The notes under the pieces were generated by a model, which saw only the letters and a program-made list of their open reading frames with translations, was not told the DNA's origin and did no database searches. DNA of 64,000 bases from Callorhinchus milii (Eukaryota): contig NW_024704743.1 of NCBI RefSeq assembly GCF_018977255.1, forward strand, positions 35,404,001 through 35,468,000. Reading direction: 5' to 3'. Of this stretch, positions 1-12,648 are shown piece by piece (positions within the stretch are counted from its first letter, which is position 1; every line of letters begins with the position of its first letter). The position numbers and the translations under genes were made by a program.

Positions 1-55
1 AACTCAGGTCTCTCGCTTGCAAAGCGAGTGCTCTAACCACTGAGCTACAGGACTC
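1..55 (-). mobile_element. tRNA-derived head of young Deu-domain SINE (cut by window edge)
   Basis: Reverse complement reads GAGTCCTGTAGCTCAGTGGTTAGAGCACTCGCTTTGCAAGCGAGAGACCTGAGTT, matching the heads of the full copies at 24393, 37085 and 39152. Confidence 0.9.
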
Positions 56-1179
56 CAAAATAATACTTGCATATGATATGGTTCCTTATCACGTATCGAG
101 ATATCTGGAACATATGGCTCCTTTTCACTTATTGAGATGTCTGGTTGCAGGATGACCTAGTATAGGAGGTTCCTGGGTGTTCGAATTCAGTTCACACTAT
201 GTATTTGCTGATCAACATGATGTATGGTATTACTTTCATTGACTTTATTATTATCCATTCAGATTTGTTATCAGTCGAATTCTCTAAGTAGCATATATGA
301 TGGTTGCTCATAAAAATGCTGTTAACCCAAATTGTTGTTGGGAATGTTTCTGTTTTCCACTCATGCTTTCTAATCCAAATCTTCATGCATTCCTTATGAG
401 AGAGAGCTTTGAGAGTACATTAACAGCGTCTCACTCATTTCCACACTTAAATAATTTATGTTAAGTGCCCAATAACTGAATTTATAGTTCCCACTGTCAC
501 AAACAACAGGCATGAAATTTCAGACCTGCTAGTAATTTGCAAATCACTCAGAACCAAGCAGAAAATGAAGCCTGGGACAATAAAGGTACTTTAAACAGTA
601 TTACCATGACCTTATATTTTCTGAAGAGTTTCATTCATCTTAACAAAAATGTCTTCCTAAAGGCATTGCTATAACTCTAATTCTAAGCAGCTCTTTTTTC
701 CTTCAATTCTCTTCACTCTCCTCCCTTCCTCACATGAAGGCATTTAACTCTTTTTCTACTTACTCTTTCTTACTTTGGCACAGAATCATGTCTGCGCATG
801 TGTGGAATCTTCTGAAATTATTTACATTGTTCTGTGTGGTTGGACAGTATAATTAAAATTAGCCGAAGGGTCTCCTGCATCTGAATCTCTTGTGATCTTA
901 AACTACTTGCTTCAATCTTAAACATGAAACATATCTTTAGGCAACTGTATTAATAATAATCCTTGTTTTCGATATAGCATCTATCACGTTTGGAGGATGT
1001 TTCAAAGCATTACTCCTATACAAATATAAGTCACCATACTTTAAAGAAAGTTTGTGAAGCACTTTGAGACGCAAATTAACAGCTCGTCCAAAGGATGGCA
1101 CTTGCAAAAATGCAGCACTCCTTCATTGTTTATTATTTATATTATTTATTACTCCACTTTATATGAACAATATATTCTT

Positions 1180-1678
1180 AAAAGGATATTGCAGTGATTG
1201 AGAGAATATAGAGGAGGGTAATCAGAATGGTTGAGGGGATGAAGGGACTTGACTATGAGGAGCGATTAGATAAACTGGGTATGTTCACGTTGGAGAAGAG
1301 AAGGCTGAGAGGTGATATGATTGCGGTCTTTAACATTCTAAAGGGACTAGATAATGTAGACCTGATAAGCTGTTTTATCCTGTACTGAACAGTAGAACCA
1401 GAGGACATGATTGAAGGGGGGTAAATTCAAAACAAATCTGTGAAAACACTTCTTCAGTGAGCGAGTAGTAAATATACGGAACAGGCTTCCTAGGGAGACA
1501 TTGGAAGCAGAAAGTGATGATTCCTTCAAGGACAAATTAGATAGATTTCTGTTAGGAAATAATGTCTCGGAATACAGTATATAGTTTGGGACATGACATG
1601 TGCATGCGACTGTCAGGATAGTGGAAGGTAAACTGGATGGACCTTGGACTTCTTTCGTCTAGCAAATTCTTATGTTTT
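1180..1678 (+). mobile_element. CR1 LINE 3' fragment
   Basis: Encodes CR1 ORF2 C-terminal motif (YEERLDKLGMFTLEKRRLRGDMIAVF) and ends in a TTCTTATGTT-type tail shared with 9312-9898 and 42270-42388. Confidence 0.85.
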
Positions 1679-1954
1679 CATGATGAGCAAAAATCCTGGT
1701 GTGGGCCTTAAACCCAAAGACAAGAGTACTACCAACTGAGACTTAACTCTGTAGGACCAAATTACTGATGTAGCACAACTGGATACTACAATCCATGCAA
1801 CCTGACTTTCATGGGACTCGAAAGAGCTCTGAATAGTTGCATTGCTGAAAATGTGAGGATTAAAGTTATTGATTTCTGGCAAGTGTGGATAGTGGATTAA
1901 GTATCAAGCCAAACTGCTCTGCCAACTGTGGTGGGACATGCTGCATTATTCGAT

Positions 1955-2223
1955 GTAGTACCAATTGGCTTCTGAGGAATAAAATTAAATTTGGTCATTC
2001 ACTTCATGATTGTTCATTAACATCCAAGACGCTGCCCCACTTGAAGGGCGCAAAACAAATGCAAGTAGTTGTTTTTGGAACATTGTTTTGCTCAAATTAG
2101 CCACCATGTTTGCGTGCAAAATACACACTCTACAGTGTATCTTGTGAACCTTTTTGACACGCACTCCCAAAGTGAAAAGCGTTATTTCAACGTCAATGTA
2201 TTGTTATTAATATTAGTATTAAT
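1955..2223 (+). mobile_element. Degenerate Deu-domain SINE 3' half
   Basis: AAATTTGGTCATTCACTTCATG...AAATTAGCCACCATGTTTGC...GTGAAAAGCGTTATTTCAA followed by a (TTA)-rich tail. Confidence 0.65.
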
Positions 2224-3459
2224 AACTCGTGTATCAAGCTTAGCACCTTCCAAGATATGTCACAATGAAGCCAAGTATCTTCGTGCAGATATTATGAGGA
2301 GAGTAGTATAGGTTGAACAGTTGGTTGTAGAGACAAATTGAAGATTGCGCCAGCTGTCTGAAGACCAGCTTGTGACTGCCCGCCAGGATAGGGGGAAGGG
2401 AAGTGGAGTTTCTCTCTTTAGAGTCTCTTCAATGTAAAAGGATGATAATTCTCTGCATTAGCTCTGGACTGATAGTTGCGCCAGGTAGCACGTCTGTTAA
2501 TATGTGACCAGACCGCCTGCCAGGCTCATCAAACGCACTGACAGGGATGACCATGTCACTGAGGGGGTGAGGGGGGAATTATTCCCACCTAGTTCCTGAC
2601 AACCTTTCTTCTCAACTCCCTGATGGCTAAGGTGTCCTAGCTGCACAAGCAACGGGAAGGTCACCATTGGTTTGCATGGGTGATGTGTGCTTTTAGCTGT
2701 TTCATTCCCAGCGTTCCCCCCCACCCATATAAAATGTGGAGAAATCTAACTCCTTGACGTCTGCCAACTTGGGCTTGTGTTTATGTTTAGAGTTGGATTC
2801 TAATGTAATATGAACTCACATCCTGAGTGACAATAAAACATTTACAGTAAACGACAACAACTTGCACCCTTCACACGGGATTGCATCTCGTAGCGTAGTC
2901 AAGCTTGTTAGCCAAGAAACGCAGTAAAGTCGTAGTAATAAATTTCAGCACCAAATATCAACAATGTCACAAATGGCCTTGGTAATTCAGCAGCCTTGAA
3001 CATTGACTTTAACACCTCAAACTCCATGACAGGGCCTTCATAAACCATTGCGTTTCAATTCCCAGCTCCATCTCCTTTTAAATTGATGTGTAGTTGTTCA
3101 GTATGAATACTTTATATTTCCAGTAGGAAACCACAGTGATGATTGTTTATGTTCTACAAGTGTATTCATATATTCCACTGACCATGAAAGGCTGAGTTCC
3201 TTAGTTTGATTTGTAATCTAGAGGTCTCATTAATCCTTCAAGATCAATTAACATGAGTTTAGAATTCCAAGTCTGTTTTTAACCAATAAATATGTTTATA
3301 TTGTATTTACCATTTAAGCACTAAGTGTACTCTTTGCTATGTCCATCATGTAACATGAATGTGGAATATTACAGATTTTAGAACTCAACAGGAGCAACAG
3401 ACTAGCTCACAATTTGCCGCTATTCCCTCAATGAACAGAAACAAACAATATGCAAACAA

Positions 3460-3590
3460 GTCATCGTTCTGTCAATATCCCAGCCACATTTATTTATATA
3501 TTTATACATATGCTTAACTCACCACTCTGGATAACTTGTTGCTGTGCCCAGTTCCCTTAGAGTGATGAGTTATCAGGATTTGACTCTAGT
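3460..3590. mobile_element. Partial Tc1/mariner-type MITE
   Basis: Aligns by eye with the right part of the TIR-bounded element at 23822-23983 (CAATATCC...TATGCTTAACTCCACCACTCTGGATAACTTGT...CCCTTAGAGTGATGAGTTAT). Confidence 0.55.
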
Positions 3591-4414
3591 TAAAATGAAT
3601 AAATTGGTAATGTATTGAACAAATAACAATACATTATTATAATAAATATATAAAAAGGTGAAAGTAGACAAAAGTAGTAATAATAATTGTCTGTTTAAGA
3701 ATTACTAGCATTATAAAAACTGGTGCTTATTCAGGTTTTAGAATACTGCACTTCACTGTTTATTTTTCACTTCATGAACAGTTTGTTTTATTTAATATTG
3801 TATAACAGTGGTCTTCGTTGTCTTCGAAGAATCTATCATAATTGGAGTGAAGCCTTTCAAAATAACAGCTGCAGTAGATTATGTCTCTGGAAAAGCAATT
3901 AGTAGTTGTGTTTTCTGGAAGTTTAAATGATGTTTCCCAATCCCTTTCTCAGACTGAATCAGACCAGCAGAGCTGCTTACAAGTCCCTTCAGTTGAAGTC
4001 CCCTGTTAATAATCACATTCTAGAAAAACTGGCTCATTAAAAGCCAACCAATAGTGTGGCAATTTATTTACCTATTTAAATAGCTTAGCTAATTAATGGG
4101 AGGTGGGGTTGAATTATGCCAGATCAATACTTTGAAGGCATACGAGGTGACACACACCTAGTATTAGGAGTGCCCAAAACTGAAGGTCTTGAATGGTTGT
4201 GGAGGCCAGAATCAAAGTTAGTGCTTCATTGTGAACAATAATTTGGAAAAAGACCACAGAGTAAACATTGCCAATTGCCAGCTCCAAAAATTGGTCCAGG
4301 GATCCCGAATACACGTAAATTCCTTATCAGTGTGATTGAGACACCCCTGGGAATTCTTACCATGGGAGTCCTGAGGAAAAGCCTTCATTAACATCCTCAC
4401 AAGCAAAAAGAAAG

Positions 4415-5045
4415 AATTTGCATTTTTCTAGAAATATGGGAAGGTGCTCAATGGATGCGATTGAACTTGCCAAGGAGGAAGTTGAAATCATTTAGGGGTT
4501 TAAGTTGACATCTCGCTCAATATGTCAAAACAGTGCGAGGCAGCAATAAACAAGGCAAACATAACATGCTGAACTATAATGCATGCAAAAACAGTCGAGT
4601 TTAGATCCTGAGATGTCATTCTCAGACTGTACAGTGGTCTGGTCAGACCACACATTGAATACTGCACAGTTCTGGTCACTGTGAACATAAGGTGAGGCTC
4701 TTCATTCTTGAGAGAAGACAGCTTGATGGGACCTTCTAGCGTGTACAAAATTTTAAATGTGTTTAAAAAATTAAACCCAGGTCAATACTTTAGGAGATAT
4801 CAACACAGTATAACAAAAGGACATAAAGGGCAATTGCAGGACAAATACCCGTAATTTTTCTTTACAAAAGGTTAATCAACAACTGGAACAAGTTGCCTGG
4901 AACAAGTGGTGTAGGCCAGGATACTGACTTATTTAAGAAAACAGCTTGATGCAGTGATGGGGGTCAGTTGGCTGGGTGTTCTGGAGGGATGAAATCTGAT
5001 GGGCCAAAGGACCTTCTTCATCCAGAACAATCTTGTAATTTTCTG
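4415..5045 (+). mobile_element. Old CR1 LINE 3' fragment
   Basis: Degenerate CR1 ORF2 motifs (KQCEAAINKAN; LYSGLVRPHIEYCTVL) and a CR1-like 3' UTR (GATGGGCCAAAGGACCTTCTT). Confidence 0.75.
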
Positions 5046-5344
5046 ATGTTGGACAGAAAGGATTGATCTTGAAAAGACACAGCATAGTTTCTGGACTGTA
5101 AATTTCTAGAGTTCTATGTATAATCAGTACGGTAAAGGATTTGTGAGTTTGCTGCCATACCTTTCAGTCGGTTGTCATTTCCATCCATCTAACATCTGTA
5201 CTTGTTTATCTACCTGAACAAGAATTTGGTTTAATATTTCTGCTGAAGTACAGCATTTCTGACAATGCAATGCTGCCAATGGAGCATCAGCATAGACAGG
5301 GTTTCTGCTTGGCTCAGTTGATAGGTAGCATTTCAATAGTGTCA

Positions 5345-5769
5345 GCCTGGCTCAGTTGGTAACACCCTTGCCTCTGAGTCAGAAGGTTGTGGATTCAAAT
5401 GCCCGGTTGGGACTTTGAACTCATGCAGTCTACGGTGACACTCCAATACAGTGTTGGGGGTGTAATGCATTATTGCAGGTGCCGTTCTTCTGATGAGATG
5501 TTAAACCAAGGCCTCATCTGCCTGTTCAGGTAGACGTTAAAGATCCTATGGCACTATTCCAAGAGTAAAGGGAGATTCTCCTGGTCTCATGGCCAATCCT
5601 CCAAATAAAATTGGCCATTGACTTCATGGCTGTGTAGGACATTGCTATGTGCAAATTGGCTGCCACGTTCACCCACAAAACACATATAGACACTTTACAG
5701 TATATCTTCTGAAGCACTTTGGGATGCCTCCTGACATGAAAACTGCTATGATAGGATTATTATTATTCA
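5345..5769 (+). mobile_element. Full-length older Deu-SINE (SacSINE1/AmnSINE1-like)
   Basis: tRNA-like head TGGCTCAGTTGGTAACACCCTTGCCTCTGAGTCAGAAGGTTGTGGATTCAAAT, body GATGAGATGTTAAACCAAGGCC...GTTAAAGATCCTATGGCACTATT, motif TTGCTATGTGCAAATTGGCTGCC, L2-like tail and (TTA)n. Confidence 0.8.
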
Positions 5770-6524
5770 TTATTACATTGTTGCATTGTACTGCATTAAT
5801 AGAGATGCCAAAAATGGGCAACTATTTAGACAGCTCGCGAGCTGTGTGTTGGCTGACTTTTGTGATAAAATTGATAACTTCCAGGTCATTAAGTCACCAC
5901 AAATATTGTGCAGGCAAATAGCAAGTGATCCCAGCACCTTAAGTCGGCCATTAGCTACAAAAGTGTCCGACGTTGGGGGAAACTGATCACTGACACTGTC
6001 ACATCCTGCTTTGTGCATATGCAGCCAATAGAAGGTGATATTGGTAGAGACCTGAGGACCTTGAAGTCAGACTTTTTAGTGCATGAACCGATGGCACATG
6101 GGTGAGATGCTAGCACGTACACGAGGAGCTGACAATTACACCACTCTTTAATTTAAAGATCTCAATCATTGCATTATAACAAGCCTCCAATCTACGTTTC
6201 ACTGTTTTTGCTGACCGACATGCATCGCCAAATCTAATTAAAACATGAACTGAATACAAATTTAAGGCTGAAGGCCTGACGGGGATTAGTGAGTTTGCTT
6301 GTATAAGCTTTCAACCAGTTGTCACTTCCATGCATGCAGCATTTGTACTCCTGCTGTTTACAGTTCTTTATATAGGGATATTGAACCTGCTCGTAATGGT
6401 CTGAAGGGGAGATCAGAAAGTGTCTGATGTTTTGGGGAGAGATTTTAGACAATCGATCTTCAAAGGCCACGGTTTGAGGAAGGAATGTTGAAGGAATTCC
6501 TTGGAAAGAAGAAGCATGTTTACC

Positions 6525-6700
6525 CCAGGATTACCCCACTATTTTGGCTTGCTATTGATCTTTTGATACATCCCAACATCTGGTTTGCTTTACTCACTGC
6601 CACAGAGCATTGTTGGGAGAGCTTCAATTTATTGTCAATCAGGACTCCCAGGTCCTTTTCATTTTCTATAAATATTATTTTCCTTCTGTTCAAATAATGG
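6525..6700 (-). mobile_element. CR1 LINE internal fragment
   Basis: Reverse complement is nearly identical to 9322-9495 (YLNRRKIIFIENEKDLGVLIDNKLK...QCSVAVSKANQMLGCIKRSI). Confidence 0.85.
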
Positions 6701-6834
6701 TATTGTTATATACAAACTTCTTAAAGCACTTATAGAGGTAACCATAAAGCATAGTGACTGTTTTTTAGGCAAATGTTTTCTACTCTCCTATACTGTTGAA
6801 TTCCTGATGATCAGTCATTTGATTGAAGAGAGGC

Positions 6835-7099
6835 TTGTCTAAGCAGTGGAAAGCTTCACAGAGAGCGCTCACAATGGTAACCTATGCAGTGTTGACTGAT
6901 TAAAATCTAGGAGTACCCCACACTCTGGCTCTTACCAACCTGCTCCTAATTCTATGGAATTAGCTAAGTAGGGTGCTTCCCTCCAGGGGAAGAGCAGGCA
7001 TTCCGTTCCAGACATGGGGAAATTTCTGGCTGGTTTGGATATTCTTAACCATGGTGGTGGACTTCCCCGTGTGTCAGACACCTGGCTGACCAAAATAAA
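6835..7099 (+). mobile_element. Unclassified hairpin-rich retroposon, 5'-truncated copy
   Basis: Shares GGAAAGCTT...CTATGCAG...CCTAATT..GAATTAG...TCCCTCCAGGG...TGGTTTGGATATTCTTAA...GTCAGACACCTGGCTGACCAAAATAAA with the copies at about 20.0, 30.8 and 48.5 kb. Confidence 0.75.
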
Positions 7100-7587
7100 G
7101 CAAACTGCAGCGAGGAATTGAATGAGAGGCACGCTCTTCTCTGCGGAAAAGAAAAACAATAGATGCAAGCAGTCTCAAACTTTACCCTCAAAGTATTGTG
7201 ATTGCATTGTGATAGTTGGGGGTGCCTAAACTACCCCCCCACACACCTTCAAAAACATCTTGCAAACCTATGGTCACCTCTAAATTCTTCCCACTTCTTG
7301 CTCAGTTCTGCCACTGCATTGCTAAGTGCTTTGAGACTCTCTTACATAAATGGAGCTATATAAGTACAAGTTCTTTAGCAAAGTGGAGCAGCGTCTCTGC
7401 CCTTTAATGACTTGATCAACAGTCTGTAGAGAGCTTAAGTACCAAATAATGTGTAATTCTGATCATACTTTATCCAGACCATAAGTGTATCCAATAAACT
7501 CTGATTCATAATCTGTGTCCCATGAAAACTAGTATGATTTGCCTATTTCAGTATTAAATATCCCTTTTTTTGCCTTTTGGACATAAA

Positions 7588-7950
7588 CAGCAACAGCAAC
7601 TTTTAAATAACGTCCTTCATGCGAGATAGCATCTTGGATCGCTGAACAATGGTGGAGTTTGATGCTGAGCTAGGGAGAAAGGGGAGATAACTGAAGGCAG
7701 GAGTCAAAGAGTAAAGTCTTCAGTTGGAATTTGAAGACGGATAAAGAGGGGGCAAGATGAATGGATTGAGGCAGGTATTTCGGAGAGTATTAGCTGAAGG
7801 CGCGGCTGCCAATAATGGAACAGGGAGGTCGGGGATGGAGCTGGCCAAACAAGGGAGGTGGATAGACATCGGAGTGGTAGGGAAGTGATCGGACATGAAG
7901 TGATTTGTAGGCGAGTGTGAAATTAGGTGTCTTGTGATAGGGAGCAAAGC
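7588..7950 (-). mobile_element. Degenerate L2 LINE 3' end
   Basis: Minus-strand ORF fragments read PCSIIGSRAFS (L2 ORF2 C-terminus); (CAA/CAG)n tail near 7590. Confidence 0.7.
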
Positions 7951-8689
7951 ACGAACTTGAACACATACCAGCTGAAAAATTGGGTTGTATAATTTTCCAG
8001 CATAAAATATAGTTATAACCAGGAAACATGTTTATTTTATAGCACGGTATGAAGAAAAACATCTGTTTTATTTCCAGTTTGGGATAAACACTATTGTGGT
8101 CCCTGAAGGAGGAAGTGAAGGTCTTTTTCCCAATAGGCTGTCAAGTTTTTTTGGGTCGTCTGTCTCCATGATGACAAATATCTGTTTAAACATTTAACAC
8201 GATTTATACAACCGTCTGTAGAAAAGTTTGAAGCTTCGTTTTATGTAAGACTTTCTATTTTTTTTCTACGTTTATATAATTTTCCCCCTCCCCTCCCCAT
8301 TTGTAGAATACCCTCTGCCACTGCCTCCTCTGCCCATTCTTTCTCACAGGCTGTGAATGGAAAGTGTTAATACTCTTGTGAATTTGCAGCATGTGGTAAT
8401 TGACGGATAGTGACTGTCAGTCTAAAAATCATTGCTGCTTCTAGTTTTCTCCCAGATGAACAGGAATTAATCTTTTCCAACAAAACCAGACCAAAGTTCT
8501 CCTAGTTGATATAGTAAAAAGCAGAAAATGCTACGACTGTTAAGAATCCGTAAAATAAGTTAATAGCTTCAGAGTGAAATGAAAATAAATTCTACAGTGT
8601 TTTTAAAAAGCAGTACCGCCACCCCCCAGTGCTCTCCTGTTGTATCATAACTAAATGTTTGTGATGTACAGGATTAAGCTAATGCTCCT

Positions 8690-8910
8690 CTGTGGGGGAT
8701 ATAAAAGAATCCGCTGGGAAAATCTTTCTATTCTTGCAGCAGAGCCAGGGGTCACCGCCTGGTCCGTGTACTCCTGTCTCAGACTTTTCAATCTTCGGTC
8801 CTGCCTTCTCGGCTCTGTGATTGACAGGACTCTAGGGCGAAGTCTGCAGCGTAGGGGCACGTAAACTAATGGAAACTGATCTGTGCCACAGGAATGTAAA
8901 TAAAATACAA
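8690..8910. promoter_or_regulatory. Candidate cis-regulatory element (Pbx-Meis decamer, Fox-like site, TATA-like)
   Basis: Unique CpG-retaining segment with TGATTGACAG at 8818-8827, TGTAAATA near 8895 and GATATAAAAG near 8698. Confidence 0.3.
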
Positions 8911-9311
8911 AAGGGGTGACACAACCAGTATTAGTTTTGCACAAGACAGGATCCTTTAGTTTCCGCCTTTATGGTTCAAACTCTCCAGTTCCCAGGAGCA
9001 TTTCTGGGGCACTACACCTGCAGCTCATATTGCAAATGTTGAATTAGTTGGAAGGTTATAATTTTTCAGCAACAGCTTTTACCTTCCAGTAATCATTTGT
9101 GGTTTGACTTTGGTTTTGACTGTACCAATAAGGCTTCTTTTATGTAATATATCCACTTCAGGGATGTTTGACCCAGTAAAGCTGTAGTTTTGAAGCCATG
9201 GGTGAGATGATCTTTTTTACTACACCATTGTCAAATGGCCATCCTGTTATTAATGGTTTACAGAAATGAGAGGTTTGTTGGCTGGATTCTTGCACCGTTA
9301 TCACTGTGCAT

Positions 9312-9898
9312 TGGAATCCTGGACTATTATTTGAACAGAAGGAAAATAATATTTATAGAAAATGAAAAGGACCTGGGGGTCCTGATTGACATTAAATTGA
9401 AGTTCTCACAACAATGCTCTGTAGCAGTGAGTAAAGCAAACCAGATGTTGGGATGTATCAAAAGATCAATAGCAAGCCAAAAAAGTGGGTAATCCTGCCA
9501 CTGTATAAATCATTGGTGAGCCCATACTTAAGAGTACTGTGTACAGTTCTGGTCGCCACAGTACAAAAACGATATTAGAGAAATTGAGAAGATACAGAGG
9601 AAGGCATCCAAAATGATTGAGGGAATGGAAGGATTGGACTATGAGGAGCAACTAAGTAAATTGGGCATGTTCTCGCTGGAAAAGAGAAGATTGAGAGGTG
9701 ACATGATTGGAACAGGCTCCCTAAGGAGATGGTTGAAGCAGAAAGTGCTGATTCTTTCAAACACAGATTAGATTTTTCTTTTAGGAAATAACATTATGGG
9801 ATATAGTACATAGGTAGATCGGGATATATGTGCTTGTGGAAGGCGAACTAGGTGGACCTTGGTCTTTTTTCGTCTAGCATTTCTTATGTTCTTATGTT
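9312..9898 (+). mobile_element. CR1 LINE 3' fragment with internal deletion
   Basis: ORF 9235-9492 ends in EKDLGVLIDIKLKFSQQCSVAVSKANQMLGCIKRSI; continues to a (TTCTTATG)n tail at 9881-9898. Confidence 0.9.
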
Positions 9899-10534
9899 CA
9901 GATCTGTGGGCACCCCACAAAGAGAATACAAAGAGCTGAGTGTACTGTCAGTGTTTTTGGTCACTGGCAGTCAGAAAGGGTTAACCAAACCTTCATGCAT
10001 GTGTCTAGGTGCATGGGTGTGAAGTCCTACTTTATATTGATCGGCAATGAGTGGGCAGTATAACCAGGGTTCCCAGTTGGGTTGCTGTTTAAGGTGCAGC
10101 TGCCTTTAGTTGATGTAGTATAAAACCAGCATTAATGTATTATGGATTTATCCTGAACCATCTAAGACATGAATACAAAAACTCATTATCCTCGTCCTTG
10201 GTGCTTTGAGCAGATGCTGAAAAGTCTAACAGAGACAGCACCACAGGATATTTTTCTAGTTCTCATCTAATGTCAGTTTGCAAAAGGCACAAAGAATACT
10301 TGTCTGAGATGGCAACAATATACATCGCTCAACCAAATCTATTTCCGGCAGCAAGCATGCAATAAGATGATGGCTGGTGTCTGTATACAAACACACACAA
10401 AAATCATTGATCCAAAATGCTTAGCTTTTGGATTAGTTTATTTTGTGGACTACCTGATGGCTCAGAGAGTAGATGTGTGCCAGTGTGCGGCATGTTGCAA
10501 ATCCATAGAAACCAAGAAAGATCTCAATTTACCA

Positions 10535-10689
10535 ATCTACAACTGTTTGTGGGACACTACTGTGCGCAATTGGCTGCCGCATTTCGCCCACAAATATACA
10601 GTCAATTCACTTTACATATTCTGTGAAGCGCTTTGAGACGGCTAGAAGACGTGAAAAGCGCTATATCAAATGCAACGATTATTATTATA
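10535..10689 (+). mobile_element. Young Deu-SINE, 5'-truncated
   Basis: CTGTTTGTGGGACACTACTGTGCGCAATTGGCTGCCGC...GTGAAAAGCGCTATATCAAATGCAA plus (TTA)n. Confidence 0.85.
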
Positions 10690-11094
10690 ATTTCAACCGC
10701 TGGTCTAAAATTGTTGCTTTTCAACTGGGGCAGTGTCTTGCACTATTGTCAATGCACATAGGCTGCTGTATAACTGTATAGGTACATTCAGTGATCTAAC
10801 TTGTGAGTTAGTTTGGGAGATTTCGTTCATTATCAGATATGAAATGGTGGAGGTGGGGCCTACCTCTGCCCAAATACTGTTTGCTGAGACAATGGACCCA
10901 GCTAATCTACATTTAACATATTCAGCACTGAGGAAATTTCTAAATTTAAACTGCATGTTAAAGCCCGTTATCAGCTTCAATTTCTAATGATTAATAATTG
11001 TAATCACAATTGCTCTTAGTGTCCTCGGTCAGCAAGGGGAAACTTCAGCCACGGTTTGTCTTTGAGGTTTTGTCTCCCTGTTCAAGTGGATGTT

Positions 11095-11437
11095 AATAAT
11101 AATAATAATCCTTGCATTTGATATAGCGCCTTATCACGTCGTTGAGACATCTCAAAGTGCTTCAGAGAACTTATTGTAAAGTGGATTGACTGTATTTTGT
11201 GGGCAAACCGTGGCAGCCAATTGCGCATAGAAGTGTCCCACAAACAGTCATGGATAGAGTGACCAAAATTTTTTTTTTTGGAGAGATTATTATCCACAGA
11301 AAGCTATCTGCCAATCGACTAAAAAACAGGTTCCCACTTACTGCTAGGTAAACACAGGCATGTTGAGTAAGGAAACCCACTTATAGGAATCAAACCTGAG
11401 TCCTCTCACTTGCAAGGGAAGCGTGCTAAGCACTCCT
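11095..11437 (-). mobile_element. Young tRNA-CORE-Deu SINE, long variant
   Basis: (TAA)n tail, Deu-like motif, an extra ~70 nt block (CCAATCGACTAA...CTTACTGCTAGGTAAACACAGGCA) and a degenerate tRNA head. Confidence 0.85.
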
Positions 11438-11449
11438 ATGTTATGTGAG

Positions 11450-11683
11450 CTATGTTAAACATCCTATGGCACTACTTGAAAAGAGAAGGGTGTTTCTCTT
11501 GGTGTCCTGGCTAACAATCCAGATAAAATTGATCATTCACTTCATAGCTGTTGCTGGAATCAAATTGGCAGCTACATTTGCCTACATAGATACTAAACTT
11601 TACAGAAGAATCCTGTTCAGTGCTTTCAAATGTTTTGATGATATGATAAAATGCAATATCAAATGCAAAGAATATTATTATTT
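11450..11683 (+). mobile_element. Older Deu-SINE 3' part
   Basis: GTTAAACATCCTATGGCACTACTT...GTGTCCTGGCTAACAATCC...AAATTGGCAGCTACATTTGCCTAC...tail. Confidence 0.7.
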
Positions 11684-12648
11684 ATCTATCCAGCATCTAC
11701 TCTGACAGAAAGGCATTCATTGGATAGAGTGATACAATTGTGATAATCCATTGTTACTTTGTTAAGAAATGTTGGGGGTCATACATCTTTAGGCCAAAAT
11801 TCCTCATGGTGTTAGCCTAAAATCACTGCAGGAACATTTAAGATCATGCAGAATCCTAAAATTCATTCTTTATTTGGAGACCCATTCCATTAAGTATTCC
11901 AGATAAATAACTTTCAACTTAAAACCAGGTTTAAGAATTTTCAATGTTCTGCGCACTCTTAAATTCTGAACATCTCAAATTAATGCATATATTTATTGGA
12001 TTGGAAGGGCTCCCTTTTTCGTGCTTTATTTGCATTCGCTGAACTGATAGCTGTTTCTCTCTTTTTAGGACTAAAAGGGTCAGTCACTGCTATCGGATTA
12101 CCTACCGCCATATGGAACGAACACTCACGCAAGATGAGGTGAGCCTCACTCACCAGGCCATACAAAGAGCGACCGTGCAGAATCTGGGAGTGGAAGGCAG
12201 ATTTTAAATTCAAGAAAGTGAATGCAGCTTTGGTTGAAATTCTTTTTTCCTTAAAAATAAAAGTGGAGATTTTTTGCTTGAGCTATGATTAAGGGCAGAT
12301 TTGATTCCTGTAAAGCTAATCATTGGATCAATGTGTATAGTATTATGCCTGCCTGCGTGCATGCATGTGTGTAGAGACACTAGTCTTCATTTATAAAAGG
12401 AACATGCTTATATTCTGTTTTTTGTGGTGTTCTCTATGTTAATTGGTTCCCAGGAGTTGAGCAGGTTCTGCAAACTCCTGGATCTTGTCATACATTTATC
12501 AGATCAAATTGAAGTGCAACTGACACCCTTTCCATATCAGGCTTCCTGACATCATCTTGTTGTGGAACGTGGAAAATATTTGTTTTCATGGGCAATAACT
12601 TTTTACATTAACACAAGGAAAACATAACTTAAAAGTACCAGTTGGCCT

